DNA from: Thalia democratica
Taxonomy: Eukaryota
Direction of reading: 5' to 3'
DNA: 64,000 nucleotides
Assembly: GCA_965202585.1 (NCBI GenBank)
Contig: OZ241831.1
Location: forward strand, 19,034,001 to 19,098,000
A model generated the notes under the pieces. The model saw only the letters and a program-made list of their open reading frames with translations, was not told where the DNA came from and searched no databases. The position numbers and the translations under genes were made by a program. Positions 37,101 through 50,400 of the stretch are shown piece after piece; position 1 is the first letter of the stretch, and each line of letters starts with the position of its first letter.

Positions 37101-40100
37101 CTAATAAAAAAATATGAATTATATACAGATAATAGTATGAATATAATACATAATTTATTTAGCTGTTATCAATAAAACTGTAATATATTCATTAATCACT
37201 ACAATAAACTATATAAACTTTTTTTGCATCAACTTATGAAAATATAAGATCCGATGGATAAAGTATTAAAATTAAAACAGGTTTTTTATATTACAGTATT
37301 TATATATCAAACTAATTATATTATTGCTTACGTTTATTTTATCTTCGGAAAAATCATAAAGTTTATAAATTTTTGTGGAACATTTGTAAAGTACTTTATA
37401 AATACGTAGAGTTTAGACGTAAGCATTGAGTATAAATGAAGAAATGTCAGAGTTGACGTTATTTCAGCATATCGGATTCAAACACCTCATTGGACAGCGA
37501 TGTGCCTCCCACCGAAACCATGTTGGATTCCACTGTTCTCTCTGCGCCCACTCCGCCTCCCCGACCCTCCGTCGCTTCCCCTGCTGGTCCGGTGTTGGCA
37601 GAAAATGGCGACTTAAAACCCAATTTGCCCCCGCGACCGTCGTTACAACAAGTAAGATATGCTGTCTATATAAACGTAGAAACGTTCAGAGACAAATGAG
37701 TCCTGGTTTAAGATCACTTTTTGTATTTTAGAAAATTCAAACAGTTATTGTGAATTAAATTTGAAGACCGAAAGTTAGAGTTGAACTGAAAATTATCTTT
37801 CAACTGTATTCGAAAAGCGAAGTTTTGTATTATTTTTGTATCAAAACAGATACAGTCTCCTGCAATTGAAGAAGATAGCAGCCAGCAACAAGAATCCTTT
37901 GCTGATTTTACTCAGTTTAATGTTCAACATTCAACTGTTGTAAAGAAAATAAGCAGAGATTCACCGAGCACCCTTTCCGAAGATATTAACACACTTGAAA
38001 GTTTGATTAATAATTTAATATTTAAAAACTGATCTTAATTACAGTTTGCGCTGTCAAGTTCTATTTTATAAAGTTCATTTATTTTTGAGAAAGCATTAAA
38101 GTGAAAAAAAACATAAACTGATAAATAAATTGTTAAAAAAAACAGTTGAAACAAAAACGGAACAAACGAGTGAAACTGTCACCTTTGAAACGAATAAGAA
38201 TTCTTTGCCACCGGTAAAAAAGGTTTGTTATTGCTTTGTCAATAATAAATATTTTATGACAAAAAGTTTTAGATATCAACTTATGTTTTGTTCTGTATTT
38301 ACAGTCTCTTAAATAAGTTGGATTTCGTAGAACAGCTAAGTTCTTTTAGCCGCTATTAAACACTCATTACTAGCTTAGCTTGCCAAATAAACATAAAAAC
38401 GACTCCTAAACGAATGGAACACTACCAAGTTTTCAAAAAGTTAAAAGTAGGCTTTAAATAGATACAAGTTTCATCACCCAACAGATCAATAAAAAACTGA
38501 TTGTTTATTGCAATAAAATATTGCATAGAACAGTCACAACATTTTGCACACAACAAATTAACTAATAAAGCTGCGCGTAGTTTTCAATGACTTCATTGGG
38601 CTATGTGAAATGACATGCTTCACTGGTTTTGCTAGTACTTGTATTTTAGTCAACTACAAATAAAACCATCCAATGATTTGTTTGTGTATTTCCTGCGTTT
38701 CTCGTCATATTAGTTTTGCAATCATTACGTTAGCTTTATTCCCACGCTAAATAATCGATATAAAATAAAACAAAACCGAAAAAGTGCGAACTGTTTTCAT
38801 GTCTGTTTCGTAGTATTTAAAAAATAAAACTTTTCCACCGCATAAAGAAGTTCATTCATAAGCAACTTGAAACTACCTGTAAAAACAATAAATTCATTTA
38901 AGTTGGCAATATAGTTTTTGTAACCTAACTTTAATAACTTTCAAATGTGTTAAAATAGAAATATTTGTGGGCTTATGATTGTATTAAAAAATAAACATTT
39001 GTAAAATTTCTATAAAATAAAAAACAGTTTTAACTTAAAATATAGAATAATATACTTGTTTTATTTTCACAGCAGTGGTAAAGATTTGTTGCTTAATTAA
39101 TTAGTTTACAGGTTTGTTGTTTTGTTACATACAGTTCGAAATAACTCAAGCAAAAATATTTTTTGTATAAAAAGAATGTATGTTAGTTTTAAACAAAAGT
39201 ATTAATTACATTTGAGTGCTTAAGTATAAAACTTATTTGGTGCGAGAAGTGAGACTTTATAAGAAATGTTTGTTTTTTATATGCAATAATTGATATTATA
39301 GAAATAAAAAATAAAATTCATTGTTAAGCTCTTAACAGTTTAATAACTTGATTCGAAATGGACTGACAAAATTTATACATATTGGTTTTCACATTTTAAA
39401 TTTGGAGCTTTGTTAGGTGTAAAATTGTTAATACCTTACGCTATAAAACCTTTAGCAGTTAAAAAAATGTTATGGTAGTTTTCAAGCTAATTTAAGAAAT
39501 TTAATATCTATATAACCATAGTTGCCAGATTGGTTATGACAAGCAAATACTCAAGTCTGACACACTAATTTTTATGTTCTTGTTATGATTGTTAAACATG
39601 TGAGAATTCTTATATAATAGAAACCTTGTATAACACTTTTTAGCTTTAATTCATTTTTACTTACTCTCTTTTTATAATTTTTTAATATGTAATATTAAAT
39701 GGTACATAAAGAAAAGCCACAAATTCATTGAATACTTAAAAAGGAAAACTTAACAAAATTTCTCAAATGTACTTAAATTTAGTATTACTAATAAAATCCC
39801 TAAATAACCTTGAATTTGAAAAGTAAAAAGACTTAATGTTTTTAAGACACTTGTTCAATATTTGAATTTATTAGTTTGTTTTTTATTTAAATTTATATAC
39901 TTATCTGACAAGTAAACAAAGTTTTTATGATCTGCTTGTCTGGATCTCTAGGATTTAATTCTTTGATATTGTATTATTTAAATGGAAAGTATTAATTTAT
40001 ATGATTCAATAATTACTTACTTTCATTTCAAATCTTTCTATTAAAACTAAATATGGTAATGATTTATTTTCACATTGCTTTAAACAACTGTAGCTTGTAT

Positions 40101-41764
40101 GAATAATATATATTAATAAACTAACACAACTTAAATACAAAAAATATAACAATAAAAACTTTATTATTATTTATTTAAGTAATTTCGACTTAGACTTGTA
40201 TTTTTGTTAATTAAACTGCAATAGATATAAAACTAGTGCAAACGTTTATAACTTTATAAAAAATATAATGACGTAATAATAAGAATTCAAAAATTTACTA
40301 TTACCAGTTATTAAATTTAAAATATTACTGCAAAAAACCAACCATAAAATAAAATAATTACACTTTTTTAATATTTAAGAAAACGGTTACTAACAAAATA
40401 TATAAAGATTTCTAAAAATCTAGTCTTATAAACGAACTTTTTCTACTATCATAAACTGGGATTAAATTGTATACACAAGGCTTCCAGACTATGTAGCTGG
40501 ACAAAGATTCTCAGCTCGCATTAAAACTGAAAGGTTTTCCTCTTTGTAATTAATGGCACACTCATGATTGTCAATTAAGTGCTGTCCAATCGCAGAAAAA
40601 TAGTTTTTTCTCAAGTTTTTCTGATAGACCATTAAACTAGTTTTCTCAGGTTTTACCGGTCTATTAGAAAAACCTCTATTTTCGCTGACTAAGGCTAGAT
40701 TTTCGATTCAAATAGTGGAAACCCTTGTCATAACTGTTTTTTCTATAAGTAATGTTTTACCACTATCAAAATTAGTTAACGATTCCCTAAATAACTGCAA
40801 AAGTTTAACACACTTTATATAAAGCTTAAACTTTTCTTCAATTTGTTTTAGCCACAAGCTCCCAATAAACCTCCCAGGAAGCGGATGACGCTAATCTCCA
40901 GTCCAAATAGCGAAATAAAACATCCGCTAGAGGTTTCAGAGAGTCAAAAACTTCCCCCATCTCCTCAACAGAGGTAAATGTTTTTTTATTTATGTTTATT
41001 AACTTTTATCCAGTACGAACTTACCGAAGTTAAAGTACGGTGTAAAATATAGCGGTTGTAAGTGCTATAGCTTTTTAAACATAAATCGTCAAGCGTCTAT
41101 TCTTGAAGAATTGAGAACAAAAAATTAAAACAGCTAGTTTTAATAGAACTTTAATTTATAACGGCTCTGGTTTGGAAAATTAGTTAGGTGTTAATGCTAG
41201 AAATTTTTTTTTTTTGGTATCTCTGTTTATTTAGTCTTTACGCTTAATTTTAAAAGCTATTTATGATTTAGTTAAAATTTCAAAATAAATATACTGTGTA
41301 AGTAATTAAATTAGTTTTAAACAAAACCATATTCTAGCAAGATATTAATTATTATATTCTAGAAGTATAACTATCTATGCTGCATATTTTTGTTGTCCTC
41401 AGTATATCTGAATTAATTTTGATAAAAATTACAATAGTTCTATTATTGAGTACAGATAAGTATAAAAGCAAGTTTATAAACTGCGAAAAAGTATGACAAA
41501 TTATGAAGTTAAATTGTAAACCTAAAAAATCAACATAATTTAGAAGCTTATTTAAAATAAAATTTTCATATTTTCCACAGCAATAACCGCACAAAAATGA
41601 TGTTGGAAGAAGAGATCAAAAAATTAAAAAATGAAAACTCCAATTTGTCTTTACTTAACAGCGACCTACAACGGAAATTGAAAAAAGTAATGGAAACCAG
41701 AATAACAATCGAAATGGAAATACACAAACTTAGACCTTTTACAACAAGTCACTCACAAAACTAG
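31126..41764 (+). CDS. REPS1: RalBP1-associated EH-domain protein (REPS1/REPS2 family), 12 coding exons, 603 aa
   Basis: Hand-built GT-AG exons with consistent phases: 31126-31216, 31371-31613, 32680-32743, 33444-33604, 33788-33876, 34101-34371, 36733-36907, 37468-37651, 37850-38000, 38146-38222, 40852-40973, 41581-41764 (1812 nt). EH domain [13 protein letters not shown]...[49 protein letters not shown]; motifs QPVAIRP, PTPPPRP, FADFTQF and KPPRKR; C-terminal coiled coil ending KLRPF. The symbol denotes the family, not REPS1 versus REPS2. Confidence 0.9.
36021..36551 (+). mobile_element. Diverged MITE of the 14011 family in a REPS intron, with 6-bp TSD
   Basis: CAGGGTGTCCAC / GTGGTTACCCTG termini; TTATTA on both flanks; AAAACCTGG repeats; the right-end region appears partly duplicated (extra GGCCACCCT at about 36351). 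Confidence 0.75.
40430..40740 (-). mobile_element. Penelope-like GIY-YIG remnant, antisense in REPS intron 10
   Basis: Reads [31 protein letters not shown], then after a frameshift [16 protein letters not shown]. Confidence 0.75.
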
Positions 41765-44599
41765 TTAAAGCAGTTTCTAAATGTATTTATTTAATTTTAT
41801 TTTTTTGTAGAAAAAAAATCTTAATTACGCCAAATATTGAGAAAAATTTTAGAATTTAGATAAAAAACAAAACAAAAAATTAGCTGTACAGTTTTAGCAT
41901 TTCTAAAAACTAAATTGACAAATATCAAAAAAAAAGTAATTTTTAGTAGAAACAGATAATAGTAATGTTTAAAGCCTCCTTATAATCATATAGTTTTAGG
42001 TGCTTTAAAGCTTGCTTAATAATAAACTCATAAACCTTTTAAAATTTATTAGATTAATGAAGTTTTCAGGATACACTTAGAAATTAAGTTTATACAGAAT
42101 TGTTATCCATTCTCTTACTTCTAATAGTTTTATAATTAATATTGACGCTACTATTTTTACCTTATGTATTTTTGGCACTTTGGGTGCTTTTGTCACGTTA
42201 AATACTAAAAAAGATGTGTATGTTATGTGAAACCTAGGAAATTCTTTGTGTATTTAAGTTATAATAAAAGTATAAGTCTACTAAAAGTTGACTTCATTTA
42301 GTCACTATTTTCTGCTTGTATTTTTAAGTAAAAAAATTGACTGAAGCTTAGATATGTATGATAATTTTTATACTATTAATCTACTCCAATTTATTTAAAT
42401 TTTCACTTAAAATATCTATCATAATTTTTAAGTTAATGACGTCAATTCCAAATTTTCCCTATATTACGTTTTCTTAAAAAAAACGAGTTTAGATCACATT
42501 TTAAATCATTGTGATCACAGTTTAAAGCTTGGTGTTTTATTTTATTTTTCCTTTTGGTGTTACACAACTCTTTTAACAATTTTTCTTGTTGATTAATAAA
42601 ATCTCTATTTAAATTTTTTTTGTAAGTCTTTAAAATTAAGTATCTTTTGTAAAAATAGAAATAGTTTTAAGATATTTAAGTTATGTACATTCTTGATTTG
42701 AAATGAATTTTAGTTAAAATTTTTTGAATAAAACTAAAAGTGTAGTTTCCTGAAACCGTTCTATATGTTTCCACCATTAAATATATATAAATACTGACTG
42801 TAAAAAATCAAAAAATAATATTGCTTTAAATTGTATTTAGCACAAATAATGTTTAATCTTAAATCTTTTTTTTTGAAAAAAAAAAGTAAAAACTTAATAC
42901 AAGTTAAAAATTATTTAAAAGACTATAAAAATTTAGACACCAAGTTATTTTTTAATAGAACGTCAAGAAAAGTATATGTTATCTAAAAAAAGTTTTATTT
43001 ATTAAAAGTAAAAGTTTTTATAACATTAGTAATAGTTATTTCAGTAGAGGATAAATAATGACTACCGTTGAATATAATAAGATTACTAACAAATTAAAAA
43101 TTTTCTAAGTGTTTAGAAATAAAAGTTTTAAATAAAGAAATTTTTATAAACGTGTAAATAAATTGGGTGCACGACTATTCGAATTCGGACAATTCTTGTA
43201 CAACATTTAAATCAGGGTTTCCCTAAAATTTTTTCATAATACTTTCTTTGATAAACACGAAAAAACTACGGCCCCTTTAATAAGATTTCTCTAAAATCTT
43301 AAATACACCAAGACCTTCTTTTTTTTTGTTTTTCATCATCAACTCCAGAATATCTAGTGTAAGTTTCAAATTAATGCTTTAATGTCCTTTTACTATTCAC
43401 GCCCTATATTTATTTTTTTATTTGAATTTTTTCGTAAAAAGTATTATATACTTTAGTTCAATGATTTACTTACTACTTTATTTAGGCGTCTTCCTATTTG
43501 GATACTTTTTCTTAGAAAACGTTTCACAGTAAATAGATACTATTAGAAACTCTTAAAACAAAATAAAATGTTAATAAAATTAAATTTTTATAGTTTTTGT
43601 GTTCATCTAGCTCTAGTACATTCGAATACTTTTGTTTTCGTTTATCTACATTCTACACTTTATGATATTATAAGACTATATATTAGTAAAGGCATATTAC
43701 TACACAATTTTTGCTTCATCAATTGTAGTCCCAAACTAGTATTATTAGATATATAAATAACAGTAATTGCCAAAATTTACAGCCTTTTCGTTTATGCTAA
43801 ATAATATATGTAATGTGAATTACATGCTAACTCTCAAAAAATGTCAAAGTTATGGCAACTGTGTAAATAATAATACAAGCAAGCTATTGGCTCCACCAAT
43901 TAATGTTACGATTGCTATTCGGTAGTCTTTACGTAGTGACATGGACCATTAGCCAGTCCATGTTGAGGTTAGAACCACAACATGGTTAATTTTTTCTTTA
44001 GTGGGGGTGTCACATAGAAAGGTGTTAATAATATGAACCTATGTAAAAAAAAAAAACAACTTACTAGAAATATAAACAACTAACTAACATTTTTATATAA
44101 AAACAATAATCAAACAAACTAGTAACAACACATGCGGGTAGAATAAATCCAATTTATACCTAAGCATTTTTTTCACATTTTATTTCTTTATCTGTTTTAT
44201 ATATATGAATAAGTTGATATTATTTATAAGGGACGTAGATAGCTCAAAAAAGTTACGAATCTACAAAAGTTAAGACATCTGAAATAACGCGTGATAACGT
44301 CCTAGCGGGAACACAGCAATTTAAACTACCTTTAATGTCATCGAATTTAATCTGAAAATATGCAGTTATGTTAATACATCATAATGGAATGTTGTAGTAC
44401 GAGTAATAAGTGTATACAAGACAATTTATTTTGCTTCACACCCCCTATGACTCTTTATGTCATGCCACTTGTGTAAACCCAGAAAACATTCATAAAAAAT
44501 AAGTATAAAAAAATCACAATTTAGCTTAAAAACATTTATATTGTGTTCAAAATCAAACATTTAACGTAGTCAATAGTAACAACATGTTATGCAAATTTA

Positions 44600-45440
44600 T
44601 GTAACATAAAATTGTATGATTTTGATTTTTGAAGCTACAGCTTCCATTAGATTCAATTTTGCAATGCAGCTTTTTCATAAATCAAAGCTTTAACGCGCTA
44701 AATGTTACAATTTGGATGTATTTAATTCGTTAAATTTTACAACACTAAAAATGCTAAAGAGTACATATATGTCAAAACTATCCTCCAGGAGTGGATAACT
44801 AAATATAAATGAATACTAAAGCAGAGTCTTTTCAAGCTAAAATAAAAGCAAGTTTTTTCGCTCATAGGTATACGTTTCTACAGATTTGCAGAAACGTACC
44901 AAGTCACGTCCCTGTTGTTTATGAATCTTTGCTATTTAGCAAGACTGATAGTCGTTGTAAGTCCCTGAACAGTTAACCCTTCAACACTTTTTCATTAAGA
45001 ACTATACAAATGGTAAACATAGTTGGAGTCTTAGTAGCATCAGCGCAGCTTACCGGAGCTTTAATGTTTTTTGAGGGTATTATAATGTTTTTAGAAACAA
45101 ACCGTTGAATTTCAGTTTTTGGTATGAAATTTACCAATCGGTTTTTGTCTTTTGTGATGTTATTTATGACAAAGATTGGTTTTGAGTACATTCTGCATGT
45201 AAATTGGAGTTTGTAGAAGTTGTTTTCTTATTATCAGTTTTTGTTTCTTGAAATTCCTTTTTTGTAAGGTTTATTTTTACAGATTGCGTTTTGAACAGGA
45301 AACTATTTGGATAATTTCACTGGTGAGGCTTGTTTTTTTTGTTGTAACTTTTTTAGCATTTGTGGTTTCTTTTGACTCCTTAAGGGTGAAAGTTTTTGAC
45401 TTTAAAGAACAACTACTTGTTGAATTAAGTTAATTTAATA
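44600..45440 (-). mobile_element. Possible very old LINE remnant serving as target of the Gypsy insertion
   Basis: Low-complexity K/T/S-rich frames, KAPVSCADATK, LTVQGL (NVQGL-like) and a KAF(D)...LHCKIESNG-like scrap. Spacing would require deletions. Confidence 0.25.
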
Positions 45441-45444
45441 ACAA

Positions 45445-45507
45445 TGTAAAATATCTGAAACAAGTATAAACATAAACTAAAATGAGCTAAAGCTTAATAA
45501 TTTTACA
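45445..45507 (-). repeat. Apparent 3' LTR (63 bp) of the Gypsy/Mag-like element
   Basis: Perfect 8-bp terminal inverted repeat TGTAAAAT...ATTTTACA, immediately after the polypurine tract GAAGGGGA (45508-45515, minus strand). Confidence 0.7.
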
Positions 45508-48500
45508 TCCCCTTCAGCTCATATAAGAAAAAATCAACTTGAGGTAAAACAAAGCCCATATGAGGGAATCTATATAAGAAACGAAAAGCATTTAATAAAA
45601 ATTGAAATAAATTGGATTTACTAATAAAACTCAATTGGCTTTAACCAAAGAAAACGCTTTAACAAATTAACGATTAACAAATAAATAATATAGCTGCAAA
45701 ACAACGAACAACAACATTACAATTAAATTCTACACAACTAAACATATCCAATTTAACGTGAATCCATTCTGTCTTTGTTAATATCACCAATTTGGACCTG
45801 GGGCATTAAAGTCTTTTAACCTAAGCAGAGCAAGTGGTACTTTATTTTTTATGGGAACCATAGGAGCAGTAGTGTGTTTTTCCTCAATATTCTTATGATC
45901 CCCATCAGCTTCATTTGTCTCATTAGTTCCGGCATCGTTCAAATCATCTGAAAACATTGAAGGCGAATCAGGAGATTGATGACTTACATTGTCCTCTTGT
46001 GAGCTAGGTTGATATCGACGCCAACCATAGAATGTCCTTGCATCAATACTCGTTGAGATTGGGTTGTAAAACCTCAAAACCTTCTATTCCTTCGCGTCAA
46101 TCTCGGTGAGTCGTCAATTCTCACCACAAACTGATCATGTGGAAACACCTCCATTACAAATCCACTCCTATCCCATTTACGTGGATGGTTGCCGCTCTGT
46201 TCTGCAGTAGACATCTACTGCCAACGTACAAAGGTTGCAACTTCCTAGCTTTGTGGTTGATAGCTTCTGCATTTTTGACGAATCTTGTACGCAGTGCCTC
46301 TTCTTTTAATTTCCATGCTTCTCTCCATACAGGTCGCACCGCAGGATTAAAAAAATTCTCCAGCCTGTTTAAAAACCATCTCGTAGCTGTCGTCCATATA
46401 TAATTTAAGCTGGGGATACTTTACAGTCGCTGTCAGGGGTGTTCCTCAATTGAATCATCGCACTTAAAATTCTATCGCTATCTAGGCTTTCTGATTCAGT
46501 AACATTGCACCTTAGTAGTCTGTTTGCTTGCTTTACAGCTACTTATGCTCTTCCATTTGACCTTGGATAGTATCTGAAGCTACTTGATGTGTAACATCCC
46601 AGGTTTTAAGAAATTCCTTTGTTGAACTAGACGAAAATTCTGGTTCACCATCACTTAATATCTCTTCAGGTACTCCAAACCTGGAAAATAAGTCTCGTAG
46701 GCACTTAATCGAACCACGCGAACTTGCTTGAGATATTCCGCTGGGTGTTTCTGTCCAATATTTCTGTCCAATCTGATAGTCTGTCGCCTACAACTAGATA
46801 ACTATTTCAAGCAAACTGGAAAAAATCTGCAAATATCTTCTCGAAAGGACTTGTAGGAGGATCAAATAACTCTTGTGGTAACGATGATTGAGAAGGAAAG
46901 TTTTAGTTGCAGCTTTGACATTTTTCTCAAATTGATTCAATGTCCTGTGTAATCCCAGGCCAGAAGACAATCTATTGGTCACGAGCATGCACTGATGTTA
47001 CACCTTGGGGCGCTGAATGTAACTTATTGAGAACACGAGGTCGTGAACTTAAAGACACATGTACTCTGTCCTTGTAAAGTATAAGTTCATCACTCACGTA
47101 CAAAGCACCATCGTATCTAAAATACGCTGACAAAGATTTGTAATGTTTTAAACTTCGACCTTCTTCGATACACCTAAAAACTCTTGAAAGATAATAAGCT
47201 TGTGATTTAACGTTTCGTCTACAATTTCTTCCCAAGTGATTGCGATTGAACGGCGTACTTCATTACTTAATGAAGCAGTAAGAAGTGACTTATTAGTCAA
47301 GTTACCATCATGCGAATTCATTTCACTTGATAAGGTAGGATAACGTGATGCAGCATCTGCAGCTAAATTGGTTTTACCAGGCATTTACTGAACTTCAAAA
47401 AGCCATGGTAGTGTTTGTTGTTTCAGTCTAAATATTCGTGTGTTCTGAATTTATTTTAAAGCACGATCACCAAAAATCTTTACTAATGGCTTATGATCTG
47501 TAACAACCACAAGATACTTGCCCTTAGTAAAATACTTTGTCTGCTCTAACGACCAAGCAATGGCAAGCGACTCACCTTCAATGGCAGAATAATTCTTTTC
47601 CGCTCCATTTAAAAACCTTGAACCTGCAAATGTCACTTCCCAACCAGTGGTGCAGCAATCTGGTAATCGGCTATTGCAATTGCAGTGATTCTGCTTGAGA
47701 AAGTAGCCTAAGCCTTGCTTCGACCAGTCAGGTCTTAGACATGTCAACTTTCCAAGATCAAAAGTTTGTACACCGCTTCTTATTACATCAACAACCAGTT
47801 GTTTTGACTCATTAATTGCTTGGTTCAAATTTTCTATTCAAATGAATTTGTGTTTTGGGCTGAGAAAAGTCATTAAAAGGTGCCATAACTTTACGAAGTT
47901 TGGCATAGTTGGATACTTGATTTCTTAGGCCAAACCAGCTCCGTATATATGTGGCAGACTTTGGTGTTGGGAATTTCCGAATTAAGTCCAAGTACTTTGG
48001 TAAAGGTTCTATGCGTTCATTTGAAATTCTGAAACCTGAAAAATCAACCGACTTCTGACAGAATAAAAACTTCTTTGGATTAAGGATTATGCCAGCTTTT
48101 CCAACCTCTGACAAAAAATCTATTGTTCTCCACCAGTGACACTCTAACTTAGAATCATAAAACACAGTATCACCTACACACCTTTCCTTTCTATCAAAAT
48201 CAGATAAGATAGCTGAAAAACGACGATTGTAGCCATCACCAGACGAAACAAAGCCTGGAGGTGCTCTAGTATAACAAAACCTACCAAACGGAGTGATAAA
48301 TGTTGAGAGATGACAATCACTTTCTCTTAAAGGAACTCCAAGATACCCGTTCCAATATAAACATGATCGGTTATGATTGGTAAAACCAAAAATAAAAATA
48401 ACATGCATCTGTTACAGTCTTGAATGTTCCTTTTGGAATTATGCGTGCCAACTTAAACGGAGTTTCTGAAGCACATGTCTCTTTCTTGCAACACTTGTTA

Positions 48501-50038
48501 TAAGATGATAGATCTACAGTTCTTCTAGGTGACCCATCTTGTTTCCTTGTGATAACCATACGATGACACCAGATTACAGGTTCACCAAAAGGGTCACATT
48601 CCAAAACACCTAACTTCTCATCCCTTATGAGATCCGTTTCAACCTGCTTTTGCCAATGGGTCGGTACGTGTGCCGGTGAATGAAAAGCATTATCCTCCAA
48701 AAAGGTTTAGCATTATCCTTCAAATGTATTTCAAGTGAGGGCCCTTTTCATTTAATTAAGTGGTTTATGCGGACATATATTAAACGCAGAAGCTACTCAC
48801 ACATCTTACTTACATTTTCACTTGTAGCCTTGAATGGAAGCTTGCATGCTTTATCTGTAACTTTGCTTCTGGTTGGGCAACTGCAGGTTACCTCGTGTGA
48901 CTTAAGCTTACTTTGATCTTTATCATTCAAATTTGCAACAACTTTAGAATGCTGATGAGGCAGCTGTGAAGCAATAGTGGGAACATTTTTATTTATGATT
49001 ATAAGTTCAACCATTGTTTCATACGAAAGAAAAAACCCAGTCACTGAGTCACTAACATAAATAATAATATCGCAGCTGACTACCTCATTTTTTTGAGACA
49101 TTCCACTAACAGTAGCTCTGAAAGCGCCTAAAATATTTATTGGAATTTGTTATTAGCCCAAATTGTGATTGGTACAAGAATTAAGTCATTTCTAACAAAA
49201 CCAGCATCTTGAAAGTTTTTCCATCCCCAAATCTTCCAGCACTAGTATCAGCTAACGCACTAGCCATAACAAACTTATTTGTGCCGTATTTAGTGATTTC
49301 AATTGATGCACGTGGATGGTCAAATGTCTTGGCTCTATATGCAAAGTTCTGTGTCAAAAATTATGTTGTTCAACATAACTCGTTTATTAGCGTGTAATGA
49401 CATTACTTGTGTATTCTGTTGCATAAAACAGGAACTATCATAATGGGTTTGAACAACATTAACTTTCTTTGACTGGCTGTGCCAACAAGAAAAACAATAT
49501 CTGAAAGGTTTTACAATCGGAGTTCCTTTCCCTTTGAATGGGTAAAATAACTTTTTACAGCGCTGGCAAGGTGCATATTGGGACTTATCCCCTACATTAA
49601 TAGATTGCTTTTTCTTTCGTTGAAACAAAAATATCGCTGATACATTCCGAGAGTTCTCTGTTGCATGTCTGCCCATTTCCTTACTTTCAATAAAAGAAAT
49701 TATCTCAAACGATGACCTGGACAAGATATCTTCAGTGCTTAAAACTTCTTTTCTAATATCTTCGTCACCTACATCAGCAAGCATCACGTCTTTAACTGTA
49801 GTGAAATTACAAGTTTTGCCTTACTTCAAACACGGGTTGCAAATGTTCTGAAAGGTTCACCGTATTCTTGATGTAATCTCTTTTGACACCAACTGAAACT
49901 TTTATGACTGCTACTGACTCCATCAATTTAGCTACATACTCTTCTGATTTAGCCATCAACCTAGGATCATTTGCCAACATTTGTCATGCGCACATTGAAA
50001 CAGTTGTATGCTTGCATTTTGCCTGCTTATGTTTGAAC
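45445..50038 (-). mobile_element. Decayed Ty3/Gypsy (Mag-like) LTR retrotransposon, 5'-truncated
   Basis: Minus-strand order: gag (GEPFRTFATRV, DEDIRKEVL), protease (ALADTSA), RT (VDLSSYNK, FITPFGRF, CVGD at the YxDD site), RNase H (DWSKQG, AEKNYSAIEGE, TDHKPL), integrase (FSRFGVPEEILSDGEPEF, SNGRA-like, LRNTPD), tail RLKDFNAPG, PPT, LTR. Many stops and frameshifts. Confidence 0.95.
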
Positions 50039-50400
50039 CAGTGGCGTCGCGTGGTATTTTTCTTAGGTGGTGCAGAAAAAAAAACCGATTTGCCGGTGAT
50101 TGATTTACCCTTATTTGAGTTGTCCCTGCTCGAGTTGCCTATGCTCGAGTTGCTTCTGCTCGAGTTGCTTCTGCTCGAGTTGCCTCTGCTCGAGTTGCTT
50201 TTGCTTGTGTTGCTTCTGCTCAAGTTACCTCTGCTCGAGTTGCTTCTGCTCGAGTTGCTTCTACTCGAGTTGCTTCTGCTCGAGTTGCTTTTGCTCGAGT
50301 TGCTTCTACTTGAGTTGCTACTGCTGGAGTTGCTTCTACTCAAGTTGCCGCTGCTCTGCTTAGCTTTGTTTTCATTTTTTGTTTAAAATAACTTGTGGAA
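50039..50400 (+). mobile_element. Left end of a probable DNA transposon (CAGTGGCG terminus) inserted into gag
   Basis: CAGTGGCGTCGCGTGG begins exactly where gag similarity stops. The matching right terminus was not found, so the right coordinate is approximate. Confidence 0.4.
50117..50356. repeat. Minisatellite, 16 x 15 bp (consensus GAGTTGCTTCTGCTC)
   Basis: Sixteen consecutive units with substitutions but no indels. Confidence 0.97.

Noticed and set aside
39517-43863. CATAGTTGCCA ... TGGCAACTGTG as one element enclosing the last REPS exons
   Set aside because: Flanks do not form a TSD; more likely unrelated solo ends.
50117-50356. CRISPR-like array
   Set aside because: Head-to-tail units with no unique spacers, eukaryotic context and no cas genes.
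49883-50386. Plus-strand Leu-rich (167 aa) and Cys-rich (87 aa) ORFs
   Set aside because: Products of the 15-bp minisatellite and antisense gag; not LRR or metallothionein genes.
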